A program made the translations under genes and the position numbers. From Raillietiella orientalis (taxonomy: Eukaryota), in contig JAYWIR010000020.1 in NCBI GenBank assembly GCA_036172245.1, positions 3,162,001 through 3,226,000 of the forward strand: a stretch of DNA of 64,000 bases, given 5' to 3'. The notes beneath the pieces are model-generated. The model saw only the letters and a list, made by a program, of their open reading frames with translations. It searched no databases and was not told the origin of the DNA. Shown here in pieces: positions 37,701-49,219 of this stretch. How positions within the stretch are numbered: position 1 is the first letter of the stretch; every line of letters starts with the position of its first letter.

Positions 37701-39916
37701 CTTTTTCAGGTGTCCATTATAGGCACCATGCTGTAGGGGAATGCTGCCATTTCTATCTTTAGCCTCAATGAGTTAGCACCTTGAGCGATAAGATCTTGCA
37801 CTCTGTCCAGACCGTGACCACGAACCAGGTGGCCAAATCCACTTAGGGAGTCACTTAGCTCGTTTTGCGGGAGGAAACGCCTCAAACAGGTAAAAAGCAA
37901 AAAAACAGCGAATCACGTCTGAATTCAAAGAGTGTACAGAAGAACCCCCTAAGAAACTCCGAGAGCATGAGTGAAGTTCGAGTCCGCGGTTTGCAATGGC
38001 AGTCCTCCAGGATTCGCTCACGGCTCGAGTCCACTGTTCATCGTTGCCACATCGAAACGAGGTAGTCGGAAGAGACCCCGATACGGTTTGACCGCACCCT
38101 CGGGAACCGTGCTGACGTACTGGCACTTTGAAACAGCAGGTTGTAACTTTCAAAGAGCTTCCACAGGAACTGCATTCGAAGATCTCTAAAAGCTCAAGCA
38201 CTGAAGTTTCGTCTCGATTTTATTGATTCTGTCTGTTGGCTGCAAGGACCAATCCATCGTGATAAGCGGATGCGGGCGCCACGAAGAAGCAGGCAAAACT
38301 TTCGGATCATTCTGTTGGCAGTAGCAGGCATATCTGCTCTTGAGCAGCTTTCCAGGAAGCCATTGCAGCATGAGATTGAAATTCAGGTCTTTGGTTAGAA
38401 ATCTCTTGACAAAGTGTTGAATGACCACGTGAGTCGATTGCACTTCATCTACAAGCAGACAGAATTTGTTTTCTGATATGTTCATAATGGGTCCAGTCCA
38501 CGGGTCCATCCAAAAGCATCTCTTATCAACTGACTCACATGTGCATTAACAGCACAGAAGAAAACCTTCTTAAGAGACTTCTTCCTGAAGACTTCAAACT
38601 CTGAAGGTCTCTCTGGATGTTCGGCCCCTCCACGGAGTTTTCGCACATCGTGGCCTTGAATCAGCGCGTCCCCTCCCCTCCCCTCCCCACCATTTCCTGG
38701 CCCCTGCTGCACCTCCGCTCCCACCTGGAGAGACCGAGCACCTTGGAATAACCTTGCGATCCACTGTCGTTCTCCTCCGATGCGCATCTTGGAATCTTCT
38801 GCCGAGGTTTGCGAGCGTGTCGTTCTCTCCTTCCACGGAGCGCCGGTCCATTCAACGCCTTGCATCTGTCGGCGAGACATCGCTTGCGTTCGTGGCTTCT
38901 CCCCTCGTCCTTCCACCCATTATCTCCATGCTTCCATGTCCTGCACTCAGTGATCTGAGAACTCGGCTGTTTTTGCGGTGGATGCGTCTTCCGCTCCACG
39001 CCGCCTTCGCCGCTGCAGCCACTCGCCGTTTGACCTTCCTACCATGCGTGCCCCTTTGCCTCCCTCCTCGAGTATTCGCCGAATAATGGGCGAGCCTCCT
39101 ATTACTCCAGTTTATTGCGCTGCACCCTTGCATTCGCGGTCCCGAGATCTGTAACCGCGACCCCGTTGCTCCTGGCTCAGCTCGAGCGTACCGCCATGAT
39201 CCCGCCTCAAGGATGAGCCTCCTGGAAGCATGGTTGGCAGAAGCCGCTTCGGCACTCGCGGCGCCAACCGAGGCTGCACCCCTCGCGTCCATAGCAGCGA
39301 TCGCGTTTACGAAATTATGCGGCGACGCCACTTTTGCTGCCTCTTCCTCCGGATGCTGCCCATCTTTTCGGAGGCTCTCAGATGGAAGATGGACAGGGAC
39401 AGAGGACCAGGAATGATGGTAGCGTTAGCCCCCTCGAGCCCGCACGCTCCCCATTCCCGCAGATCCGCCCATCTTACCAGATTTGGTTTTGGCCACTGCG
39501 ATGGATTCGACTGTCAAGTTAGAGAGGTGGATCTTGAGAATTTGGCCGTCGCTGGTCCCGGTATATAGAATGTTTTTGCTGTAGGCGAAAGATTCCGGAC
39601 CATGGATGGCTCCCGCGAACATCTGTTCTCCATTATTTAGGAAATCGTTTTCCTGTAAAACGCCTCTAAACAAAGGTGGCGCCTCGACACTGGAGATCAC
39701 AGAAACGGGAAAAGTTCGGGGATGGTCGCAGAGGAGCGCCTCCCCCCCCCCCCCCGCATCCGCCCGGTTGCGGGGAAGTTCAGACAACCTGTATCGAGGA
39801 AATTTGATCTCCGGAATCAGCCATGGAAGCAGCGACAGCAGTGCGGAGAACGTGAAGGTCGCTTGGAGGAAAGAGTTGTCCACGAATGTCTGGTTCCTAA
39901 AATCGAACGGATGCAC
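28768..39916 (-). CDS. APMAP: Adipocyte plasma membrane-associated protein / hemomucin-like (strictosidine synthase-like beta-propeller), 5'-partial
   Basis: Phase-consistent exons on the minus strand: 39789-39916, 39478-39689, 35023-35121, 34803-34974, 34618-34752, 29256-29533, 28994-29212, 28768-28937 (TAG), about 470 aa. Motifs: hydrophobic N-terminal anchor, GPES, LYTGTSDG, GRPLG, VADAYMG, IYWTDSS, LHFANGVQLS, NLPGLPDNI, SEV...LYLGSP. The last exon (after a 56 nt intron) is less certain than the rest. The first exon/ATG was not identified. Confidence 0.88.
30610..31330 (+). mobile_element. SINE-like family copy in APMAP intron
   Basis: ccgggattggaagttgaccctccgggatctttccaggaatc and ctaacttgaagagctactacacgcaccctc align to 45559-45600 and 46005-46031. 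Degenerate head (gaatcgaatcc) at ~30653. Confidence 0.75.
31900..34590 (+). mobile_element. Highly decayed LINE ORF2 remnant interrupted by the hAT element
   Basis: APE-like LQD....RNPEDAIFTF (~32010-32060), RT-like PQEWRPLS (~34040) and DARDFRK (~34130), in the expected order. Only weak motif resemblance. Confidence 0.4.
32271..33219 (+). mobile_element. Non-autonomous hAT (SPIN/Buster/Charlie-like) deletion derivative, 949 bp, inside APMAP intron
   Basis: TIRs CAGCGATACTCAATCT (32271-32286) and AGGTTGAGTATCACTG (33204-33219), 14/16 complementary. Perfect 8 bp TSD GCCCAGGA (32263-32270 and 33220-33227). Internal remnant of the hAT C-terminal dimerisation domain: LSEEFKRRFQD...EFW...LTLFRSTCL*ESSYPKMKYAKNNTYRNQLTDSHLDDVLR. 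Confidence 0.92.
36088..38500 (-). mobile_element. Decayed Ty3/Gypsy-like pol remnant in APMAP intron
   Basis: ORF 36088-36759 has RNase H-to-integrase-like traces: KIEAGANTEGL (xDASxxGL-like), IADLSS (ADALSR-like), GHSRI...LYWKQM...CDQ (integrase zinc-binding region). The extent upstream of 36759 is a guess. Confidence 0.4.
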
Positions 39917-41697
39917 CTGGACCAGTCAGCATCTCGGAGCAGAAAACGCAGGAAGAAGAAGAAAGAGGGAAGAAAGGAGCGTCTTTTTTTTCTTTTTTTC
40001 CTTTCCTCGGGATGCGAGGGTGATGCCGGACGACACCGACGCGCAAGAGTGAGCATTGATCTTAATCCGCCGCCGCGAACTGAGGTTCGGGAGGTTGCTT
40101 CGAAAAAGGAAAAGATGCAACAGCAAAGCCGGAAGCATGGGTCGGTGGAAGCGCACGCAGGCGCGCGCGCTCCTAGGAGGATGCATTCTCGGATCCAGTA
40201 GCGCCCCATCCCTCGTTTGGGCCCTGTAGCCAGCAATCTTGGTGGCGGTGGAGCTGTCGTCCACTCGCGGAAGGAGGTTCGTGGCACCCGAGGTTTCCGA
40301 GAGTTTTGCCCACCCGGGTGCAAAGCGGATCTGGTGAGCACCTTCGCTAGCAAGCTTCTTTGGGTGCTAGCCATCCAGTCCACCTTTCCGCATGAAAAGA
40401 AGGGAAGGAATTTTAGATGATGGTATGCAGCCTGGCCAACGGCCTCTTTCGCGATCGAAATTTCCAAGACAGAGGTCATGTGCCTCTCAGGTGCACTTCT
40501 GCCTTGTCGTTTCCTTCGCCATGGGCAGATGGCTCGCCGGACTGGCGTCGCTGCGGTCTCCAGATGTGCGATCGCGTAGACACGAGACACGCACGAGTAA
40601 CGTTTTGGCACACCTAAATCGAGAACCGTGCTTGCGCGCACCGAGGTCTTTGACATAAAGATGCCAGGGAGAACACCTTCCCAAGCTCCGATCAGTTTCC
40701 GGTGGTTGCTTGGCTACCCTGATCAGGAATCTCATCTGTTTGGATATCATCTTGAAACTTTTACTCCTCCTTCGTCTCTCCTAAAGATGGCGCAAACTCT
40801 TGGCTTCCGCGCCACCTTTCTTCGCAGCAGCCCGCTGATTTCAAGATGCAGGGGGCTGCATTTTCTCTCCAGACACTTGTCTGCGCACCTCTGCGTCCTC
40901 GTGAGCATGGCGCCGTGGTGTCCACGTCCTCCTACGCCCTTTGCTCAGGCACATCTGCTTCGTGGACCAGTCGTCTCGCATTTGCTAGCTGTCGAGTCGA
41001 CGCCATATTCAGATTTCTTGCGATCATCCTTAGTCTCGGCACCTACCAGCGCCCCCTGGTGTTGGTCGCCTCCTCCATCTGACAGGCGATTGAAACGCTG
41101 GAAATCTTCGAGACGCTGTCTCGCGGCGACCACTGCGTGCGTAACCGCGGCGGAAGCGAACACGGACATCATTCCGACTGTTGGCACGTAGAACACTGTC
41201 GGAAGGGCGATATGGAGGAAAAGGCCATCTGCTTCTCCTCCACAACCCCTCAGCCTCCCTCTTTTCCTAAACCCTTCCCGTGATTTTCCGAAAATTTCCC
41301 AGGTCGGGTGGTGTGACCTGCGCGACGTTTCCAGGAAGCATCCCTAGAAAATTGCGTGCTCGAGCATGTGCAGCTCGTCGCCACCTCTCTTCTGATGCGC
41401 TGCCTCTGCTTCGCAATTTGCGGTTCATTCGGCTCCTGGACATCCCTTTCTCGGATCGCGCAGCGCCGAAGACCCGACAGCGATCGCGCCCTCTCCATAG
41501 GGGTCTGTTCTCCAGAAGCGAAGTGGGGAGCAACCAGTGCTCGCCGCGCGCTCCTTCTGACTCACTTCTCACGAAGCCGTCGATGCACGCACAAACGAGA
41601 GCGACGTCCACTGTGGTCACCTTCTCTGCACCCAGGAGCACTTGATCTGGTTTCAACTTTGAACTTTCCGTTTGTCTTGATCGCTAATTGACTGACC

Positions 41698-42459
41698 ATT
41701 TTTTCTTGTTGGACGTCTCACGAAGCTCCTTGTTGCTGCCCACGCCACCCGAGGGTGAGCGTCAACTTTTCGAGTTAAGAGGTCACTCCAGGAGGGGACT
41801 GCCTTATGAATCCAGGAAGGGCTCCGGAGGAAGGAGTCCGTTCCCTCTCACGCCTAAGGAGGGAACTCCAAAGGGGACCTCTCCCTTGTTCTCTCCGGAG
41901 GGACTCCCTGTTCGCAGGGGTCTCTTCTCATTTTCTCCTCCCAAGGATTTCCTCCGGACAGGATCCGCTCCTGGGATTTCTTCTCCGAAAGGACCTTCCG
42001 GAAAGGATCTGCTCCTTTTTTCCCCCTCTGAGGAGAATCCTGGAGGGACGCTTCCCAATTTCTCTGAAGGGCGCTCCCCGAAGGTAGCAGAGCGCCTCTT
42101 TCACTGGAGAGGCAGCATCAATCCACCAGCTCCATGGTAAGAGATGGAGGGGTTCCCTTCCGAGGAAGGGATGGGGGGTGGAGGGTGCGGCTTCTTTTTC
42201 ATAACCGGAAGGGAACTGGACACCTTGATTCAGTTTCCTGGAAGGACCCCGGAGGGTCGACTTCCATTGTCCCGACCACTCATCGGGGTCATCGGTTTGA
42301 ACCCCACCGATGCCATCCGAATAGAGTCCAACCAGCGTCATCTTGCAGGAGGAACTCGAACCTCCGACGCACCCCTCGTTCTCGGCATCGATCCTTCCCT
42401 GGGCGGGATTCGAACCCGAGACGCTCGGTGCCACTCGCGGTGACCGTGGCTACAGGGCC
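41698..42459 (-). mobile_element. tRNA-headed SINE-like element, most complete copy (~760 bp)
   Basis: On the minus strand it begins GGCCCTGTAGCCACGG (A-box-like)...GGGTTCGAATCCC (perfect B box, + 42406-42416) and ends in an A-rich tail (CAACAAGAAAAAA). The body is homologous to 6.3-6.9, 30.6-31.3 and 45.45-46.07 kb. Confidence 0.75.
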
Positions 42460-43429
42460 TTGCGTTCCTCTGGGATCCGAACCGTGACCGTGATTGCGCG
42501 AGAGATGCCGACTCTTCGGCATCGAGAGATGCTGCGGAAGGTGTCGCGAGCTGCAGCTGAGACGAGAACAGTCTTCCTCGTCTGTTTTCTTCATCAGCCC
42601 GGAAAACGAGGGAGGAGAAGGGTGATTCCTGGACGAAGATGCCAAGTGGGCGAGCCTTTCGAGGGCACCGAGGAGCAAGTGGGGAAAGCCAGACCCGCCC
42701 AAAATCAGAGCACGGCAGAAGAGGGAAATAGAAAGACGAAAAAGGGAAGACGTACGGCCATACGGTCGTTGCCCGGATGGAACTGGAAGGCGGGAGGGGC
42801 AGGGGTGGGTGGGAGAGGACGGAAGAAACGCACGCCCTCGATAAACAGAGGCTCACCGTGTTGCGGGTTCATGGAGAGCACGCAGACGAGCCTCCGGGCG
42901 ATTCCACGTTGGCGCGTCGCAACGTCGGATCGCCCGGCGGCGCACTCGCACGCCCGGGACTTCCGCTCCGGGCAGAATGAAGGAATTGGGCGCGCTCGCT
43001 TCGCGCACGCGGCGTCCGGCGGCCAGGAGTCCCACCGCGACAGCGTGAGCGCTGAGAAGCAGAGCGGGAAAAAAGAAAGAAAGAAAAAAAAAAATTTATT
43101 GCAGGCAGTGGCGACGGCATCCGGTCGCGAAGGAAGAGGGGACGCGGACTGAAGGAGGGGACGCTGCAACGCCGGGCAACTCCCCCCCCCCCCCCTTCCT
43201 CTCAGGAAACTTACAATTTCACGTGGTCCATTCCGTTCCTCCTCGCTCTTGCGGATCGGGATGCTCTGGCGGCTGGGGTGATCAATGGCAAGTCACGGGG
43301 AAACCGCCCTTCTTACCTAGCTGGCTGACAGGAAGCAGTTGAGCACCTGGGCGTCCACAAGATGTGGGGGCGGCAAGTGAGCGCTCGGCAGAAAGTCAAC
43401 ACGCGAATTACGGCCCCCTAACGACATCC

Positions 43430-43900
43430 AGACGTTCGAGATGCGCGCTCCCCATTTGTCTTTGCCTCAGCTGCACAGAAACAGAAGAGCGGCGGGAGGA
43501 CTCCATCACCTTGCTGCTCACCACCTCTCGGGTGTCCTTGTGAGGGAGATTCTGCTCTTGCGTACCCGGATTCCAGACCACTTCCTGAATGTGTGCCACG
43601 GGGGCGGCCGAGCCCTTGGAATTCCCGACGCGGCGCCGGGGGATGCAGCAGCGCCGCAGCTCCGTTCCCGCACTCGGTGGCTAATGAAAGATGAAAGCAA
43701 CAGCAGGAATGGGGAGTTTGAGGGCGCTCTAGGAGTCGGCGCAGAGCACGCCTCGACGTCCAGGGCCCGTAGTACCCCCAACACGACTGCCTGATGCTGC
43801 GGAGGGAGCTCGGCCATCGGAGCCACGAGATTCTCCGAGGCACGGAAGGGGTTCTTCTCTCCCGCCCTGCATGCACTTCCTCTTCCCTTCCCTCCCTAGA
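43430..43900 (-). mobile_element. Possible decayed LINE RT fragment
   Basis: LRSIRQSC (RGIRQGC-like) followed in another frame by TFRKWSGIRVRKSRI (FxxxSGLxVNxxKS-like). Confidence 0.3.
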
Positions 43901-44530
43901 GCGCACGCGCGCTGCTCAAACTGGCAGTCGTGTTCCTCCCCGCCTCAGGAATTCACTCCCAGGGCAACGATCGCGCAGAGCCCGTGGATGTGGAAAGACT
44001 CCAGCAGTCCTGCAATCGTCGGCGGGGGCAGGGAAGTCGAGGGGAGTGAATTCGTTAAAAGCTCCCTTTCCCCGCCCTTCCTCGAGAATGAGAGGGGAAG
44101 AGGATAGTGCAGGAGGCAGGGTGAGTCTTCTGGAGCGTGTGGCACTTTCCCTGGTCTGCTGCGCTGGACATCGCTGCCTGCCGAGCACTCCATGCACGCG
44201 GCCGCCTTCGTTCTCCCCTGAATCTCCCATTCGCTCGGGGGCCAGGCAGGTGCGCTTGCCCTTCCTAACTTCGGCGCTGCCACGCAGCACGAAGACACGG
44301 CCGATGCGACAAGGCTGGGGTCTCCTGCGGCGGCCAGCAAAGCACCAAACCCTTGTTCAGGGGTCGGGCTGGAGAGAGCTGCGTTGAGGCCGAGAACGTT
44401 TTCCCGTGGAGGCCGGAGTGGATGAGGGAAAAGCCACCCGCAAGCTCGGAAGAAGTTGCCTGTTTGTAATGGATGCCGTGTTCGACGTGGAGACTCCCGT
44501 TCGAACATCCTAGCCGCTGCCCGCGCTGGC

Positions 44531-44648
44531 ATCCTTGTGGCCAAGGTCTCCGCGCATGTTGCCAGGCGTTGCGGTTTCGAATCCCCGACGTCGAGAATGG
44601 AGTGCGTGCCGTGGATTGACCTTTAGACTTCGGGTGATGCACTGGTTG
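44531..44648 (+). mobile_element. SINE-like head fragment abutting the LINE 3' end
   Basis: ccttgtggccaaggtctccgcg...gcgttgcggtttcgaatccc aligns to the head of the 42459 copy. It continues to tagacttcgggtg...cactggttga and is then cut by the LINE terminus at 44649. Confidence 0.65.
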
Positions 44649-45450
44649 ACACCCGGTTGCGCCGGGGCGTTTATTTATAGAAAGTAAACAGACACGCCTA
44701 TGGCAGGACGTTTAATCCTTCCACGTTACTTATAGCTACGAAAAGGAACCTGCCGGAATCTGGCACGCAGGCCAGCGGGGTTCGTCTCAGCAACACAGGA
44801 AGGGGAGACAAATGAAAAGAAAAGCATAAAGCAAAAAACATGCAGTCAAAAAAATAGGAGGGGTTCGGGAAGGAATCACTATGTGTTAGAGGGTTTTCTC
44901 TGCATCCTTGTAAGGATGTCGGCAAGTTCCTGTTTCAAGACTCCCAGATGGAACCATCTTGACGCTATCCTCATGAAGAGGACAGCAAAATAGATGGCGT
45001 TCCTGTTGTTCTGGCCTCCTCCGGCGTTGCTGTTCCATGCACTCATGGTCTCGACGCGTAGGCCGCGTAGTGCTGCTAGGGATGCGGCCTGAGGGAGTCT
45101 CTCAGGAGGAGGTGCTTTAAAACGTCTCTAGCGTTGCCGCCGGGAATTTAAGGGTCGCAGAGAAGCATCCCCAAAAGGACCGGAGGGCTATACAATCCAC
45201 TGGGAGGTGCGGGAGGGATTCCCGCTCCCTGCACCTGGCACAGTTCGGGTTCACTCCTCCCCCCATGTCCAATGATGCCGGCGGGCGTTGCACGGGAGGC
45301 CCCAGTGCAGCAGCATCAGGGCCGACTCCTGCCACTTTAAGGGAAAGGTACGAACATTTCTGAGCACCGGGGGACGCTGCAGATTCTCCTCTGAAATAAC
45401 TAGAAGCACATCCTAGCGCAAAAGTCCATGAAGTCGAGCAATTGGAGTCA
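44649..45450 (-). mobile_element. 3' fragment of a second copy of the same LINE family
   Basis: Minus-strand NPNCARCRERESLPHLPVDC matches DPNCVRCGARESLPHLL at ~21760. The 3' UTR shares the GAACC.CG.CxGGCCTG.GTGCCAG...GTTCC block and a 26/28 nt terminal motif with 22324-22351. It may continue beyond 46070. Confidence 0.8.
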
Positions 45451-46072
45451 CAGAGTTGTGGGCTTCGAGGTCCCCCAGCAAGATAACTCTGGCTGGCCTG
45501 TAGGCTTCGAGTAGTGCACTGGTGGAAGCTGGAAACCGGAGGTCCCTGTTGAATGGCCTCCGGGATTGGAATTTGACCCTCCGAGGTCCTTCCAGGAATC
45601 GAGGTGTCGGTTACCTTCCAATGGTGAAAATGGAGCCGTCCATCTCGTACCATGCAGCTGGAGGATTGATGCTGACTCCCCAGAGTGCAAGAAACGCGCT
45701 GCCCCTTTCGGGGAGATTCAGAGAAATTGGGAAACGTCCTTTCAGAGTTTACCTCAGAGGAGGAAACAAGAAGCAGATCCTTTCCGGAGGATTCTTCCGG
45801 AGAGGAGATTCCAGAAGTGATTCTTTCCGGAGGAAACCCTCGGGAGAAGTGAATCAGGAGAGAGCCCCGCAAACAGGGAGCCTTTTGCAGAGACCAATGA
45901 AGAGATTCCTTTCGGGGTTCTCTCTTCAGGCGTGAGAAGGAACGGACTCCTTCCTCCGGAGCCCTTTCTGGATTCATAAGGCAGTCCCCTCCAGGAGTGA
46001 TCCCCTAACTCGAAGAGTTGACACGCACCCTCGGGTGGCGTGGGCAGCACCAAAGAGATTTGGGAGCTGTCA
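45450..46072 (+). mobile_element. 5'-truncated SINE-like family copy
   Basis: Inverted homologue of ~41710-42360; both translate in antisense to LPTPPEG..QLFEL..HS.RGLPYESRKGSGGRSPF. Lacks the tRNA-like head. Confidence 0.8.
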
Positions 46073-49000
46073 GGCGAGTGACGGTTCTTTGACGGTGCTC
46101 AGCGAGCCTTCAATCCAAGGAAACTCAGCTGGCAGCTCAAATCGCACCTGAGTGGCTATTCAACACAGCCTGGAATCTCCCCGATCAGCAGCTCTCCCGA
46201 GTGCTCAGTTCTCTCTCATCGGGGAGGCCTGCTCATGGTTCAAATGTCCAGCAAACGTGAGTTCTCCGAACTGGGGACTCTCAGCACTCCAGTTCTTCGA
46301 TTGAATGGACTGCTGTTACGGATCTTCAAGCCCTTGAAGGTCCTGCCTTGCAGTTCAAGTGATGGACTTGTAAGAATCAAGGGAGTTCCCCCACCACCAC
46401 ATCACCCTCGCTCCTCGAAATCCGACTGTCCTCAATGCAGGGGAGGTTCGGGAACCGGCTGCCGCTCTCGGCTGACCAAGCCGTTTCGATTCCAGCAAAT
46501 GCCCGTAGCGTCGAGAATCGGCGCCTGGAGCAGAGAAATGAAGGATCTTGTGAGGTTCCCTCGTGGTCGCTTCCACGGTTTGTTTTCGATTCCACGCAGG
46601 AACCCCAGACGTTTCCAGAAGGATCATCTCAAGTCACGGGATGCAGTCCTGGTGGAGACGCGAGAGGGTCTTGAGACGCAACATACGTAATAAGAGGGAG
46701 GGGGGGCTGATGCCGACTGATGGCGTCTCACGAAAGACGAGGATGCGGTGATTGCGGCTGAGTTCTGCAAGGGGCACCAAAGGGACTCACAAAATCGTTC
46801 CCATTGTCGCCTTCCAATCAGACGCACAATTCTCCTCCTCTCAAAAATGATGATAGCGTTTTACGGTCGTGCGACTGCGACTCTCCAAGAGGGAAAGAAA
46901 TTGCACGTTTGCTTGCGAGAATTTCCGCATCTTCTCGGTGAGTGGATCTTTGCGATCATGTGGTGTCGCTCAGTGTGGTCGGATCAACCGCAGGCTATGG
47001 AGCACGGTTCTGAGCATCCGTATCCGACGGAAATCCAGCTTTGAAAATGCAGCTTTGCAGCCTCTTGGAGTCTCCGTGAAGGAGGCCACCTGCACGACCA
47101 AAGGGGTGTTGGAGCGCGCGTGCGTGTGCGTTTCGAGGCTTTGGGCCCATATTGTACCCTTCTCCATTTTCGCCGCCATTGAGGCGGAGGAAGGCCACGC
47201 TGGAGAATTGCGAAGACCTCGTTGTCGCTCCAGAGGCGGGGGCTGTCTGAAGGAACGGCTTCTTCATCAACAAAACGATTCCCTTAATTTGGCACAGTCG
47301 TATCCGCTCATCCATCCGCCTGCAAAGGAGGTCCCCGAGGAAAGAACTCAGGGTGAGTGATGCATCGAGAAAGTTGACCTGGGTTTCTCTTCATTGAAGA
47401 GGGAAAGGAAACCAAAGAACGGTCCAGTTTCATTCGGGACCTAGACGAAAAAAAGAAGCTTGTAAAAGAATTAAAGCTCAAAAATTCTTCCCACCTTTTC
47501 CTTAAACGGCGCATCTGGCCTTGTTCCCGAACTTGCCGGAAGCTATCCTGAACTGAAGTGCCGCGATGCAGCAGCCGTTGAGATGAAAAATGGGGCTTCT
47601 GTTTCAAAGATGGCATATTTATGTTCTCACTTCCCGATACTCCGCTTCTGGGTTAATGAAAACGAATGTGTGTAAAGTAATTGCATCTGGTTTTCCCGAA
47701 ATGTGCTTCTAGAGCGCTCGTCAAATCGTTCGTGAATATCTGGGAAGTGTCTTTAGGCTGAAGAGTTGCCGCTGTTCCTAAGGTTGCCTAGAAAAAAACA
47801 ATTGCTGTAATTTTTGGCATCATTTTGCAAACAAAATTGAATGAAATCGAAGCCTGTTTTCCAGGATATTCTAAAATATTTATAATTAGCTTTGTTGAGA
47901 AACCTCCAGCCTTCACAGAAATCGACTAAGAATCGAAATCCGCATGAGGTTCTTCCTTTCAAGGGATACTGGATCCTGCAGCTGAGGTTCCTCATGGGAG
48001 ATTTATTGTTCTTTTTCCAAAAACTTTCTCATGTGTTTCCGAGATGTGCATAGCAGCACTTCTCAGTTGGTGGCTCGATATCCTCAGCATTGCCACTATC
48101 ACTTTCATCTACTGAATCCTCAGGAGATTTTGAATGAGCGTTTCTACAAGCACTGTTAACATCGCAATGCTCGAACATCCTCGTTGAAACTAACAGAATC
48201 AGCAAAAATCTTCAAAACAATCTTCTAAAAATCTTCTAATCTTTTAAATAACTTTTGAAGATGATCTATTAGGTAACCTCATCCTTGATTAACCCTTTTA
48301 TTTCTTCATTTTTCGGTTAGCCTTGCATTCCCTCCTTTCTTTAATGGCTGAAGATTGTGGTTTAATTTTGGTTTGTTCCAGGTTCCCTTTTGAAGAGGCA
48401 GAGTCCAGATCATCAAGTGTCCCTGTGCCATGCTCCCTCCAGAAAACATTACATCCTGGGCAATGCAGCATGTTCCAAGATCACTAACTGTTACTGTATT
48501 TTCTAAGCTTCTTATAATTTCATGGACGGTAAAACCAATGTTAAGAGGATAAGATGTCAGAAACATCGAGCTCGCAAAGACGTCTTTGCAGTTTATAGAA
48601 TCAGCGTGACTTTCTTTTTCTGAAGTTACAAGCAGCTCAAGCATTTTGCACACTTATATGAAGGTGAGCTCCTCTTGTGACTGGAATCTTCGTCCAGGAA
48701 TACAGTAACAGTGTTGCCAGAATAAGTATTATGAAAGAATGTTACTCTGCAAAGGATAAGCATGTTACAAGTGGAGGTGAGTTTCCTTGCAACACCTTTT
48801 CAAGCTTTTAGAAGATGTAATCCGTGATGCCATTTTTTTTTTCCTGTTCTGTACCGCCTTTCAAAAGATTTCTGCTTTTGCCAATTACAAGCTGTCGGCA
48901 AAAATAAGGAAGTAACTTGGAAAAGGAAAAAAGTCCCGTCCTGTAGTTTCCAGCTCACAACTTAACATCCACAAATACAGAAGAAAATCGCAAACCAGAA

Positions 49001-49183
49001 GTTTCTCTCAGCTCAATGACGCTTAACTGGCACGAAACCAAAGCTTTGATTCATCTCCAGTATCTTTCTTGATAATCGAGCACTGGCTTCCTTTCTGAGT
49101 CATCCTGTGCCCACGTTCACGCCCCCCATCTCAAAAAGATGGAATCGGCATCTTCTAGTGTAGAGAACATACCTGTCCTCCTT

Positions 49184-49219
49184 CTACCTTTTGGCACCTC
49201 TTTGAGTGCCAAAAGGTAG
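49184..49219. repeat. Perfect 14 bp inverted repeat (hairpin)
   Basis: CTACCTTTTGGCAC-ctctttga-GTGCCAAAAGGTAG. Confidence 0.85.

Noticed and set aside
42400..42459. tRNA gene
   Set aside because: A B box is present but no full cloverleaf, and it is attached to a dispersed repeat body, so it was called a SINE head.
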